Shown: positions 1 through 10,646 of the stretch, piece by piece
Numbering within the stretch: position 1 is the first letter of the stretch
Layout: each line of letters opens with the position of its first letter
NCBI GenBank assembly: GCA_027717655.1
Contig: JALLOH010000002.1
Location: 3,474-67,473, forward strand
Source: Acidobacteriia bacterium AH_259_A11_L15
GTDB lineage: Bacteria; Acidobacteriota; Terriglobia; Acidiferrales; 2-02-FULL-67-57
DNA: 64,000 bases
Reading direction: 5' to 3'
Position numbers and translations under genes: made by a program
The notes under the pieces: model-generated
Told to the model about the DNA's origin: nothing
The model's input: only the letters and a program-made list of their open reading frames with translations
Database searches by the model: none

Positions 1-402
1 TGGGCCACGCAAGGACAGCCCCTGATGAGCATCCCCACCATCGGGGCCTCGGGGGCTATCTACGGGATTCTGCTGGCCTTCGGGCTGCTCTACCCGAACG
101 TGCCCATCTACATCTTGTTCCTGTTCCCCATTCCGGCGCGCATCTTCGTGCTGATCTTCGGGGTCATGGCCTTCATGTCGGCGCTGCAAGGGCCGGGCAG
201 CGGCGTCAGCCACGTGGCCCATCTGGGCGGGATGCTCTTGGGGCTGTTCTACTTGTACGGCGGAGTGCGCGGCCTCTACAAGGCCGCGCTGCGTCGCTAC
301 GCAGATTGGCGGCTGCGGCAGGCGCGGAGCAAGTTCGACGTCTATATGCGGGAGCAGGACGAGGAAGACATCCCGCCCCGCCACGACCGCTGGATCCACT
401 AA
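1..402 (+). CDS. Rhomboid family intramembrane serine protease (5' truncated by window edge)
   Basis: GASG catalytic Ser motif, AHLGG His motif, hydrophobic helices. Confidence 0.9.
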   Translation, partial: WATQGQPLMSIPTIGASGAIYGILLAFGLLYPNVPIYILFLFPIPARIFVLIFGVMAFMSALQGPGSGVSHVAHLGGMLLGLFYLYGGVRGLYKAALRRYADWRLRQARSKFDVYMREQDEEDIPPRHDRWIH

Positions 403-418
403 GTGGAGCCTCTGAGGA

Positions 419-483
419 CTTCAGGGGCTAAAACCCAAAAAATTGTCGCTGGCTGAAACGGACGGGCTGAAGCCCGTCCCTAC
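419..483. repeat. REP-like doublet (CAGGGGCTAAA-CCC plus GTAG-tagged palindrome GGACGGGCTGAAGCCCGTCCCTAC)
   Basis: Same doublet recurs at 35898-35960 and, inverted, at 59240-59302; the CAGGGGCTAAAGCCCC unit is also at 23046-23063. Confidence 0.8.
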
Positions 484-537
484 CGGGCTAACTTTTCCGG
501 CGGGACACTACGGCCCGTAGTTTGATGCGTGGCATTC

Positions 538-590
538 GGCACGGCTCCCTTCAACTCTGCTCAGGGTCTGCGCTGCGAAAAGCCGTGCCC
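538..590. repeat. Palindrome GGCACGGCT...AGCCGTGCC interrupted by a CCCTTC...CTCAGGG hairpin element
   Basis: Palindrome arms visible on both sides of the insert. Confidence 0.65.
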
Positions 591-618
591 GGCCGAAGGG
601 CCGCAATCGGGCCGGGGC

Positions 619-2037
619 CTAGCGGCGGCCGATGGTGTGGAACTTGAGCAGGTTGGTGGTGCCCTTGACCTGCAAGGGCGTGCCGGCGACGATCCCCACG
701 ATGTCGCCCCTCTCCACTAGCTTCTCCCGCCGCAGGCGCCGCTCCGCCTCCCGGGTCAAGGAGTCGACGTCCCTCACCCGCTTGATCCGCCGGGGCAGCA
801 CCCCCCAGAGCAGCGCCAGCCGCCGCCGCACCTCCTGGCTGGGCGAGAAGGCCACGATGGGCGGCCCCGGGCGCGCCTTCGAGACCAGCCGGGCGCTGTA
901 GCCGCTCTCGGTGAAGACGGCAATGGTGCGCAGCTTGAGCTGCTCGGCCGCCTGGGCGATGGTTTCGGCCACGGTCTCAGCCACGTTGGGCGTCTTCTCC
1001 AAGCGCCGGCGGGGCATCCGGGGGGCCTGCTTTTCGGCCTCGCGGATGATCCTGACCATCATCTCCACCGCTTCGCGCGGGTAGCGCCCGGCGGCGGTCT
1101 CGGCGGAAAGCATCACCGCGTCGGTGCCGTCGAAGATGGCGTTGGCGACGTCGCTGGCCTCGGCGCGAGTGGGCCGGGGGTTGTGGATCATCGACTCCAG
1201 CATTTGCGTGGCGGTGATGACCGGGAGCCGCCGCTGGTTGGCCAGAGCGATAATGCGCTTCTGCGCCAGCGGCACCTTCTCCGGCGGCATCTCCACCCCC
1301 AGGTCGCCCCGGGCCACCATCACCCCGTCGGCCACTTCCAGGATTTCCTCCAGGTGGGCGAGCGCTTCCGGCTTTTCGATCTTGGCGAACACGGGAGTGT
1401 CGTAGCCGGCGCGCTTCACCAGGCGCTTCAGTTGCCGCACGTCGTCGGCCGAGCGGACGAAGGACTGGGCGATGTAATTCACCCCTTGCTGGAGGGCAAA
1501 GCGCAAATGTTTTTTGTCGCGGGGGGTGATAGAGGAGACAGTCAAGTTCACTCCCGGCAGGTTGACCCCTTTGCGCTCGCCGAGCTCGCCGCCCGAGAGC
1601 ACCTTGCAGACTACTTCCGGGTGGCGCCGGCTCACGACCCGCAACTCGATCAAGCCGTCGGCCAAGAGAATCCGGTCGCCCGGCTCCACCTCCCGCGCCA
1701 GCCGCCGGTAGTTGACGCTGATCCGCCGGCTGTTCCCCACCAGGTTCCGCCCGGTAAGGATGAGCTCCTTCCCGCTACGCAGTCGCACCGGCTGGCCGCC
1801 TTCCAGGCGCCCGGTGCGGATCTTGGGACCGGGCAAGTCGGCCAGGATGGCGAGGGGACGCCGGCGCAAGCGGGTGAGCCGCCGCAGGTCGCGAACCACC
1901 TGGGCGTGCTCGCGGTGCTCGCCATGAGAGAAGTTCAGGCGGGCCACGTCCATCCCCGCCTCGAGCAGCGAGAGCAGCGCCAGCGGCTCCCGCGAAGCCG
2001 GGCCGATGGTGGCGACGATCTTGGCCTTGCGCGTCAT
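619..2037 (-). CDS. pyk: Pyruvate kinase
   Basis: KIVATIGPAS, RLNFSHG, MVARGDLGVE, ATQMLESM and DAVMLSAETA motifs; start placed at ATG 2037. Confidence 0.98.
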   Translation of the reverse strand: MTRKAKIVATIGPASREPLALLSLLEAGMDVARLNFSHGEHREHAQVVRDLRRLTRLRRRPLAILADLPGPKIRTGRLEGGQPVRLRSGKELILTGRNLVGNSRRISVNYRRLAREVEPGDRILLADGLIELRVVSRRHPEVVCKVLSGGELGERKGVNLPGVNLTVSSITPRDKKHLRFALQQGVNYIAQSFVRSADDVRQLKRLVKRAGYDTPVFAKIEKPEALAHLEEILEVADGVMVARGDLGVEMPPEKVPLAQKRIIALANQRRLPVITATQMLESMIHNPRPTRAEASDVANAIFDGTDAVMLSAETAAGRYPREAVEMMVRIIREAEKQAPRMPRRRLEKTPNVAETVAETIAQAAEQLKLRTIAVFTESGYSARLVSKARPGPPIVAFSPSQEVRRRLALLWGVLPRRIKRVRDVDSLTREAERRLRREKLVERGDIVGIVAGTPLQVKGTTNLLKFHTIGRR

Positions 2038-2255
2038 GCCGGGTAACACTCAGGGCGCGCCCGCGAACTCTGCCACGACGCGATAGAGAAACTCGGTCCA
2101 CCGTTGACGGTGTGGAAGCGAATCAAGGCTTGGAGAGGCTCGAGCGTCTCCCGGGTGACGGCCTCCCGGTCCGGGGCGGGAGCCGCGGGCACCGCCAGGG
2201 TCGCAGCCAGCATCCAATAGAGTGCCAGGAAAAAATAGCCGGCCGGTTGCAGCAT
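2034..2255 (-). pseudogene. Probable N-terminal remnant of a secreted M20/M25/M40-type peptidase
   Basis: Signal-like peptide, then EAVTRETLEPLQALIRFHTVNG resembling the M20 N-terminal LQxLIRxxTxN motif; ends shortly after. Confidence 0.45.
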
Positions 2256-2366
2256 CGTAGTAGTGAGAACTCCCGCCCTGCCGGGCAAAAGGGGATTCAT
2301 CTTAGCACAAATGATTGACCCGCCTGGCAAGCGCGTGGCACACTGCTGGCAGGGAAGGAGAAGGAA

Positions 2367-3437
2367 ATGAAGGCGTCGCGGAAACCATGGGGCGCACTGG
2401 CCCTGGGCTTGCTGCTGGCGAGCAGCGGCTGGCTTCTGGCCGCCGCCCAACAGCCGCCCCCCAGCGAGCAGCGACAGGGCCCCATCGAGCCCCAGGCGAA
2501 AGAGGAAAAGACCCCGTATGCCCTACGGGTGGAAGTCCCGCTGGTGGACGTCGAGGTGACCGTGGTGGACAAGAACGGCAACTTCATCCACGGCTTGCAG
2601 CGGGAGCACTTCCGGGTTTACCTGGACGGCGAAGAGCAGGAGGTGGTGGCCTTCGCCCCCACGGAGGCGCCGCTGACCACTGTGCTGTTGGTCGAAGCCA
2701 CCCCGCTCGTTGGTTACCTCCTCTATCAGAACGTCGACACCGCCTATCTCTTCCTACAGCAACTGAGGAAAGAAGACTGGGTGGCGCTGATCGGCTACGA
2801 TTTGAAGCCGCGCATCGAAGTGGATTTCACTCGCAACCCCAACGATATCCTGCAGGCGTTGCGCCACATGCAATACGGTTTCGGGCGGTTCAGTGAGGCC
2901 AACCTGTACGACGCGCTCATCGACACCCTGGACCGGCTGAAGGATGTGGAAGGCAAGAAGTCCATCATCCTCATCGGCAGCGGGTTCGACACCTTCAGCC
3001 AGCACACCTGGGACGACGCCCGCCGCATCGCCCGCGAGCAACGCACCACCATCTTCACCATCGGGATGACCTGGCTGATCGAGCTGGGCCTGGATCGGGC
3101 CGAGGCGCGCGGCTCCCGCACCAGCACCCAGCGCATGGACGTCTACATCGCCCAAAGCCAGTTGCGCGACCTGGCCGAGCAGACCGGGGGCCGGGCCTAC
3201 TTCCCCCGCTTCATCACCCAAATGCCCAGCATCTACCAGGAAATCGGCGCCATGCTGCGCAACCAGTACAGCCTGGCGTTCCGGCCCAAGGACTTCCAGC
3301 GCGACGGCAAGTTCCACAAAATCGAAGTCAAGCTGGTGGGGCCGAACGGCGAGCCCCTAAAGGTCGTTGACCAGAACGGCAAGAAGGTCAAATACGAGGT
3401 CTACGCCCGCAAGGGTTTTTACGCCCCCGAAGCCTAG
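2367..3437 (+). CDS. Secreted VWA-domain protein (acidobacterial VWFA-related type)
   Basis: Signal peptide; VDVEVTVVDKNGNFIHGL, LAEQTGGRAYFP, NQYSLAF, DGKFHKIEVKL. Confidence 0.9.
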   Translation: MKASRKPWGALALGLLLASSGWLLAAAQQPPPSEQRQGPIEPQAKEEKTPYALRVEVPLVDVEVTVVDKNGNFIHGLQREHFRVYLDGEEQEVVAFAPTEAPLTTVLLVEATPLVGYLLYQNVDTAYLFLQQLRKEDWVALIGYDLKPRIEVDFTRNPNDILQALRHMQYGFGRFSEANLYDALIDTLDRLKDVEGKKSIILIGSGFDTFSQHTWDDARRIAREQRTTIFTIGMTWLIELGLDRAEARGSRTSTQRMDVYIAQSQLRDLAEQTGGRAYFPRFITQMPSIYQEIGAMLRNQYSLAFRPKDFQRDGKFHKIEVKLVGPNGEPLKVVDQNGKKVKYEVYARKGFYAPEA

Positions 3438-3453
3438 CCGGACTGCGGGCCGC

Positions 3454-4467
3454 TTGCGCCGGGGCAGCCTCCTGCTGGTGGCTGCCCTGCTGGGCGGGGG
3501 CGCGCCCGGGGCTGGCGCCCAGCAGCCGCCACCCGAGAGTTACGCCCTGCGGGTGGACGTGCAACTTGTGACCGTGGACGTGGCCGTCACCGACGAGGAA
3601 GGCCACTTCCTCCCCGGCCTCAGGGGAGAGAATTTCCGCATCCTGGAAAACGGCGCCCCCCAGCCGGTCGCCCACTTCCTGCCCACGCGCGCCCCGGTGC
3701 GTATCGCCTTGCTGGTGGAGGCCAGCCCGGCCGTCTACCTGATCCGCGGCGAACAACTAACTGCGGCCTATCACCTGTTGGCGGGACTGCGGGCGGAAGA
3801 CGAGGTCGCCCTGCTCACCTACGCCCGCGAGGCCGGATTGGAAGTCCCCTTCACCCGCGACAAGCAGCGGGTCGGGCAGCGCCTGCGCTCCCTGGGGCAG
3901 TTCGGGCTGGGGATGGCGGAGATGAATCTGCTGGATGCCGTGGCGCAGACGCTCGCCTGGATGAGTCCGCCGCCGCAGCGCACGGCTGTGGTGGTCATCG
4001 GCACCGGGTTGGATACGGGGAGCCGCATGCCCTGGGAGTTGCTCCAGCGGCAGGTGGGCGCGGGGCAAATCACTTTCTTCGCTGTCGCCACCGGTCATCT
4101 GCTGCGGGCACCGGAGGAAGGGAACCGCCCCCGCACCGAGACGGACAATGACTTGTATTTCCGCTCCGCCTTCGCCCAGGCCGACGCCCGCCTGCGCGCC
4201 CTGGCGACCGCCAGCGCCGGCCAAGCCTACTTCCCCGAGTCCGCCGAGGAGCTGGAGGACATCTACCGGGAAATCGCCGCGCGGCTGCGCAACCTCTACA
4301 GCCTGGGCTACTACCCCAGCAACCAGGCCCGGGACGGCCGGTACCGAGAAATCACCGTGGAGCTGGTGGATGAGAAGGGCGAGCCGCTGGTCCTGCGCGA
4401 CGCCAGCGGGGACCCCATAAACTACCGCCTCTTCGCCCGCCCGGGGTACTTCACCTCCCGCGAGTAG
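3454..4467 (+). CDS. Secreted VWA-domain protein, paralog of upstream gene
   Basis: LRVDVQLVTVDVAVTD, LYSLGYYPSN, DGRYREITVEL; start uncertain (TTG 3454 chosen, after upstream stop). Confidence 0.88.
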   Translation: MRRGSLLLVAALLGGGAPGAGAQQPPPESYALRVDVQLVTVDVAVTDEEGHFLPGLRGENFRILENGAPQPVAHFLPTRAPVRIALLVEASPAVYLIRGEQLTAAYHLLAGLRAEDEVALLTYAREAGLEVPFTRDKQRVGQRLRSLGQFGLGMAEMNLLDAVAQTLAWMSPPPQRTAVVVIGTGLDTGSRMPWELLQRQVGAGQITFFAVATGHLLRAPEEGNRPRTETDNDLYFRSAFAQADARLRALATASAGQAYFPESAEELEDIYREIAARLRNLYSLGYYPSNQARDGRYREITVELVDEKGEPLVLRDASGDPINYRLFARPGYFTSRE

Positions 4468-4476
4468 CGATACTCT

Positions 4477-4536
4477 TGTCATGCTGAACGAAGTGAAGCA
4501 TCTCAGCGGAGATTCTTCGCTTCGCTCAGAATGACA
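4477..4536. repeat. GTCAT-type palindromic repeat pair (TGTCATNCTGAGCGAAGCGAAGNATCTC family)
   Basis: Inverted pair; other copies at 14483-14550, 25040-25112, 35438-35482, 59433-59460, 60658-60728 and in purH at 52570-52614. Confidence 0.85.
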
Positions 4537-4549
4537 GACCAGACCTGCC

Positions 4550-5572
4550 CTATGGCAGCAGCAAAACTTTGCCGAGGTTCCGGCGGTCGTGGATGTAGTG
4601 GTGGGCCCGGGCGGCCTCGCCCAGAGGGAAGGTCTTGCCGATGTGCGGCTTGATTTGCCCGGCGGCGTAGAGCCGGAACAGCTCCTCCATCCAGCTTCGC
4701 ACTAGTTCCTGGTTCGCCCGCCCCAGCTCGCCCAGGTGGACGCCCATCACCGCCCGGTTCTTGCGAATCATATCCGCCAGGGGGTTGAAGCTGGGGGTGT
4801 TCCACCAGGCGAGCAGCGCTTTCAGGGAGCGGCCCTTGCCGGTGACCGCCGCCGACATTCCGTAGCAGACCAGCCGGCCGCCGTGGCGCAGCAGGCGGTA
4901 GCTCTTGCGGTAGGAGTGGCCGCCCACCGCGTCCAGCACGATGTCCACTCCTTCCCCGCCCGTGAGCCGCCGCACTTCCTCTTCAAAGTCCCCGGTGTGA
5001 TAGTCGATGGGGTGATGGAGGCCCTGCTGGCGGAGGAAGTCGTGCTTGGAGGCGGAGGCGGTGCCGAAAATTTCGGCGTTCGACAGCCGCGCCAGTTGGA
5101 TGGCCGCCAGGCCCACGCCCCCCGCGGCCGCGTGAATCAACACCCGCTCGCCCGTCCGCAGATGCGCCATGTAGTGCAGCGCCTGGTAGGCGGTGAGGTA
5201 GTTGACCGGCAGGGCGGCCGCCTCTTCCAAGGTCATCTGCGGCGGCACCGGCAGCAAGCGCTCGGCCGCCATGGCCACTTTTTCGGCGTAGCCGCCGCCG
5301 GGGAAGGTAAAGCCCACCACGCGGTCGCCCGACTGCAGCCCGGTGACGTCGGTGGCCGCTGATTCCACCGTACCGGCCACTTCGAACCCCGGTACGTAGG
5401 GCGGCTTGGGCCCGCCGGGATAAAACCCCAGCCGCATCAGGATGTCGGCGAAGTTGATGCCGGCGGCCGTCACGCGCACCACCGCCTGGCCGGGCCCGGG
5501 CGCGGGGTCGGGCTGCTCGACCAGGGTCATCACTTCCGGCTCGCCGTGTTTCCTCACCTGAATCGCTTTCAT
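4550..5572 (-). CDS. NADPH:quinone oxidoreductase / medium-chain reductase (VAT-1-like)
   Basis: GINFAD, PGFEVAG, IHAAAGGVG, GKVLL; ATG 5572 follows a GGGGGAG RBS. Confidence 0.9.
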   Translation of the reverse strand: MKAIQVRKHGEPEVMTLVEQPDPAPGPGQAVVRVTAAGINFADILMRLGFYPGGPKPPYVPGFEVAGTVESAATDVTGLQSGDRVVGFTFPGGGYAEKVAMAAERLLPVPPQMTLEEAAALPVNYLTAYQALHYMAHLRTGERVLIHAAAGGVGLAAIQLARLSNAEIFGTASASKHDFLRQQGLHHPIDYHTGDFEEEVRRLTGGEGVDIVLDAVGGHSYRKSYRLLRHGGRLVCYGMSAAVTGKGRSLKALLAWWNTPSFNPLADMIRKNRAVMGVHLGELGRANQELVRSWMEELFRLYAAGQIKPHIGKTFPLGEAARAHHYIHDRRNLGKVLLLP

Positions 5573-5580
5573 CGCTCCCC

Positions 5581-6582
5581 CTAATAGCCGCGTTTCTTGT
5601 CCACTACGTTCAGCAACTCCCGCCCGGAAAAATAGCGGTCGAGGTTTTCGAAGAGCAGCTCCGCATGCCGGTGCCAGAGCCGCTCGCTGACCGCCGACAG
5701 GTGCGGGGTGATGAACAGGTTCGGCGCCTTCCACAAGGGACTGGAAGGCTCCAGCGGCTCGACCTCGGCGACGTCGATCGCGGCCCCAGCAATTGTCTTG
5801 TTGTGCAGCGCCGCGACCAGCGCCTCCGCGTCCACCACCGCCCCGCGACTGACGTTGAGGAAGAAGGCGCTCTTTTTCATGGCGGCGAACTCCTCCCGGC
5901 CGAAGAAGTGGTTGGTCTCTTCCGTCAAGGGCAGGGTCAACACCACGAAGTCAGCCTGGGCGAGCGCGGCGAGGAGTTGGTCGGTTCCCACCACCCGGTC
6001 GGCGTGCTCCCGGCCGCGAGCGGGGTCGCGCTTCACTCCGACCACCTTCATGCCGCAAGCCTGCGCCCGCCGGGCAATCTCCCGCCCGATGGCGCCATAG
6101 CCGACGATGACCAGGGTGCGCCCGTTGATCTCCATCGGGCGGGGAAACTCCTCCCAGATTTCCTGCTGCGCCCAGTGGTGCTCCAACTGATGGCCGACCG
6201 CGCTCAAAAAGCGCCGCGCCAGCGCCAGAATCAGCCCCAGGGTGTGCTCGGCCATGGGGACGGCATGCACGCGGCGGGAGTTGGTGATGACGACGTCGGA
6301 GCGGCGGATGTCCTCCCGCATCAGTTGGTTCACCCCCGCCGCCAGCACGTGAATCCACTTCAGGCGGCAGGCGGCGGCGAACTGCTCCGGCTTGAGCGAG
6401 AAGCCGAAGAGGATATCGGCGTCGCGGATTTCCTCGCCCAAGCGGCGGTAGTCCGGCAGATGCACCACCCGCATCGGCGGGTAACGCTTGCGGATGTCCT
6501 CCGCCAGCCAGGCGGGAAAGCGCCACTCGGTGAACGGGCTCCAGATGCAGAGCACCAGCTTGGTGTCGCCGGGAGCAGGCAT
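5581..6582 (-). CDS. D-2-hydroxyacid dehydrogenase family protein
   Basis: VGYGAIG Rossmann motif, NVSRG, DVAEVEPL, ITPHLS. Confidence 0.93.
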   Translation of the reverse strand: MPAPGDTKLVLCIWSPFTEWRFPAWLAEDIRKRYPPMRVVHLPDYRRLGEEIRDADILFGFSLKPEQFAAACRLKWIHVLAAGVNQLMREDIRRSDVVITNSRRVHAVPMAEHTLGLILALARRFLSAVGHQLEHHWAQQEIWEEFPRPMEINGRTLVIVGYGAIGREIARRAQACGMKVVGVKRDPARGREHADRVVGTDQLLAALAQADFVVLTLPLTEETNHFFGREEFAAMKKSAFFLNVSRGAVVDAEALVAALHNKTIAGAAIDVAEVEPLEPSSPLWKAPNLFITPHLSAVSERLWHRHAELLFENLDRYFSGRELLNVVDKKRGY

Positions 6583-6600
6583 CTTTTGGATCGAGGCCGC

Positions 6601-6867
6601 TCAGCGGGCCACGGTCAGCGCCCGTTCCGCGCGGCCGAAGTTCGCGTTCCTCGGCTCCATCGCCAGCACTTCCAGCGTGTAGGAACCGGAGAACGGCATC
6701 CGCAATTCTCCGCTGTAAGTGCTCTCGACGCCCGCGTAGCCAAGCGGGACTTCCTGGATGACCTCCGCGTTTTGCCGCAGCCGGGCCACCACCGTAATCT
6801 TGCCGGCGTCCCAGAGCCCCCCGGGCTCCGTCGGGCACCCTCAAGCCATGCGCACCCGGGCTTGCAC
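6601..6867 (-). CDS. Candidate selenoprotein with U-G-C-P motif (in-frame TGA 6841-6843); start uncertain, possibly 5'-truncated
   Basis: Read-through gives VQARVRMA-U-GCPTEPGGLWDAGKITVVARL...NFGRAERALTVAR; SECIS-like hairpin 6813-6829. Confidence 0.6.
6813..6829 (-). promoter_or_regulatory. Putative bacterial SECIS element
   Basis: GGAGCCC-GGG-GGGCTCT, a 7-bp stem with G-rich loop starting 19 nt after UGA. Confidence 0.55.
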
Positions 6868-6941
6868 CAGCAGCGGCTGGCCCGCGCGGGCTTCTAGGAA
6901 CCTCTCATCATACCGGAGGACAAAGGAAAAGCCGAACGCCC

Positions 6942-8495
6942 TCAGCGGCCGCCGAGCGCGCGCAGGTCGCGCCCTTTCATCTCCTTCGGTTGGGGGAGGC
7001 CGAGCAGGCCGAGGACGGTGGGCGCGATGTCTTGCAGGGCACCGTCCTCGCGCAGGCGCAGGTTCGAGTCGTCAGAGACCAGGAGGAACGGCACCGGATT
7101 GGTGGTGTGGTAGGTGTGGGGGCTGCCGTCGAGATTGCGCATGGTTTCGGCGTTGCCGTGGTCGGCGGTAATCAACCAAGCGCCGCCCTTGTCTTTGAGC
7201 GCGTTGTACATCTGCCCCAGGCAGGCGTCCACCGCCTCGACGGCCGCGCGGGTGGCCTCCAGCTTGCCCGAGTGGCCCACCATGTCGGCGTTGGCGAAAT
7301 TGATGACCATGACGACGAACGCGTCCTTCCGGAGGGCGTTCACCACCGCTTCGGCAATGCCCGCGGCGTTCATCTCCGGCTTCCGGTCATAGGTGGGGAC
7401 TTTGGGCGAGGGGACGAGAATTCTCTCCTCGCCCGGATAGGGCTTCTCCACCCCGCCGTTGAAAAAGTAGGTCACGTGGGCGTACTTCTCGGTCTCGGCC
7501 ACCCGCAGGTTCCGTAGACCTTCGCGGGCAAAGACGTTCGCCAGGATGTTCTCCGGCTGCTGCGCCCCGAAGACGTACGGCACCCAGTCGAAGGTCTTGT
7601 CGTAGCGGGTCAGAGAGACGAAGAACAGCTTCCGGGGGCGCTGCGCGTCCTGGAACTTGTCGAACTTCGGCTCGGTGAGCGCCCGGGTGAGTTGCCGGGC
7701 GCGGTCGGCGCGGAAGTTGAAGAAGATCACCGCGTCGCCCTCCTGGATGCGCGTCCGCGGCTGGCCGTCCCGATCCTTCAGCACCACCGGCTCGACGAAC
7801 TCGTCGGTCACCTCCCGCTGGTAGGATTCCCGCAGGGCCTGGACGGGGTCGGTGTGGGTGTGGTCGGCTTCGCCGTGAACGATGGCCCGGTAGGCCCGCT
7901 CGGTGCGCGGCCAGCGGTTGTCGCGATCCATCGCGTAGTAGCGCCCGCAGATCGAGGCGAGCTGGCCCCCGCCCAGTTGGTCGAGCTTCTTCTGCACCTG
8001 CTCCAGGTAGCTCGCGCCGGATTCGGGCGGGGTGTCGCGGCCATCGGTGAGCGCGTGCACGAAGACGCGGCGGACGCCGTTCTTCTTGGCCATCTCCAGC
8101 AGGGCGAACAGGTGGTTGAGGTGCGAGTGCACCCCGCCGTCGCTCACCAGCCCGATCAGGTGGAGCTGGTTCTGCCGGCTGCGCTCCATCGCCTTCCGCA
8201 GCAGCTCGTTCTGGAAGAGCTCCCCCGACTCGATGGCCAGAGCGATGCGCGTGATGTCCATATAGATGACGCGCCCGCTGCCGATGTTCAGGTGGCCGAC
8301 CTCGCTGTTGCCCATCTGGCCTTCGGGCAGGCCCACGTAGCGCCCGGAGGTGTGCACCAGCGTGTTGGGGAATTTCTTCACCAGCTCGTCGAAGCTGGGC
8401 GTGCGCGCCTGGGCGATGGCGTTGTCCTCCCGCTCGGCGCGAAAACCCCACCCATCCAAGATGGTCAGCACGACGGGTCTGGAGCGGTTGGCCAT
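6942..8495 (-). CDS. gpmI: 2,3-bisphosphoglycerate-independent phosphoglycerate mutase
   Basis: [47 protein letters not shown]. Confidence 0.98.
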   Translation of the reverse strand: MANRSRPVVLTILDGWGFRAEREDNAIAQARTPSFDELVKKFPNTLVHTSGRYVGLPEGQMGNSEVGHLNIGSGRVIYMDITRIALAIESGELFQNELLRKAMERSRQNQLHLIGLVSDGGVHSHLNHLFALLEMAKKNGVRRVFVHALTDGRDTPPESGASYLEQVQKKLDQLGGGQLASICGRYYAMDRDNRWPRTERAYRAIVHGEADHTHTDPVQALRESYQREVTDEFVEPVVLKDRDGQPRTRIQEGDAVIFFNFRADRARQLTRALTEPKFDKFQDAQRPRKLFFVSLTRYDKTFDWVPYVFGAQQPENILANVFAREGLRNLRVAETEKYAHVTYFFNGGVEKPYPGEERILVPSPKVPTYDRKPEMNAAGIAEAVVNALRKDAFVVMVINFANADMVGHSGKLEATRAAVEAVDACLGQMYNALKDKGGAWLITADHGNAETMRNLDGSPHTYHTTNPVPFLLVSDDSNLRLREDGALQDIAPTVLGLLGLPQPKEMKGRDLRALGGR

Positions 8496-8543
8496 GGGGT
8501 GCCTAGTGTACTACAAGGGCTTTGTGCGACTTCTCCCAGCACT

Positions 8544-8633
8544 CCGGGCGGCAGGTGCCGCCCGGCTCGGCGCACAAGAAAAGTTTGCCGCGCCTGCCCC
8601 CAACGCTGAGCCCGGTGGCACCCGCCACCGGGA
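8544..8633. repeat. Pair of YGAG-tagged REP-like palindromes downstream of the RAYT gene
   Basis: ccgggcggca-gg-tgccgcccgg-ctcggcgc (8544-8573) and cgctgag-cccggtggca-cc-cgccaccggg (8604-8632). Confidence 0.85.
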
Positions 8634-8645
8634 GCGACCAGAGAG

Positions 8646-9341
8646 TCAGTCCAATGGGTTTATTGTGATGCATCCCTGGCCGAGCTCGTAGTTTCGGAGA
8701 CTCGAATACAGATAATTGATTGCCCGTTTCACAAGACGGTCACGAACTGGATTGGCATGAATGTAGTCGAGCTTCTGGTCAAACATCGAGCGCGATGTGA
8801 CAGCGCGGACGTAGCTCCGTGGCTGCAAGACACAGTACAGAGCATCTCGTCTTCGCTCGGGCTGGGTGGGCAAACGCAGGCGGCTAAGGAGACGCGGGTT
8901 GTTCTGTTTCGCCTCGTCAACGACCATGCGGCCGACAGCGCTCTTAAGGTCACGCAGGAAGCCGGCGAAGCTCTTTTCGGGCGGAAAGCCTAAGAGTAAA
9001 TGAAAGTGGTCCGGCATCAGGACATAGGCATAAAGGGAGAATGCGTACTTCGAGCGGTAAAAAGCGAGTTCGCGGAAGAAGATGTCACGGTTGGCAGACT
9101 CACGGAAGAGAGGGACTCTTTTGTAGGTGTTGGCGGTGAGAAAGATAATTCCTGCCCGGACTTTCTTGCCGGGGTAAGTCTTTTTCCCGGTGGCGGGTGC
9201 CACCGGGCTCGGCGCGGGGAGGCGGGAAGCCCTTTTCCCGGTGGCGGGTGCCCCCGGGCTCAGCGCGGGGAGGCGGGAAGTCTTTTTCCCGGTGGCGGGC
9301 GCCACTGGGCTCAGCGCGATGGGTGTCAGGGACTTGGCCAT
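8646..9341 (-). mobile_element. REP-associated tyrosine transposase (RAYT/TnpA-REP, Y1 HUH family)
   Basis: FLTANTYKRVPLF, YVLMPDHFHLL (HUH), KLDYIHANPV (catalytic Tyr), YLYSS; flanked by palindromes. Confidence 0.92.
9176..9318. repeat. About 2.8 tandem copies of a 51-bp unit, each containing the RAYT-associated palindrome
   Basis: Units begin at 9176, 9227 and 9278; encode PALSPxAPATGKKxSRL-like repeats. Confidence 0.92.
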
Positions 9342-9347
9342 GGGCGG

Positions 9348-10646
<1,299 letters not shown>

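Noticed and set aside
6913..6944. Read-through of the gpmI TGA into the UGC ORF
   Set aside because: The frames differ and gpmI ends at its normal length
9176..9318. Tandem palindromic units as a CRISPR array
   Set aside because: Intervening sequences are nearly identical rather than unique spacers, and no cas genes are present
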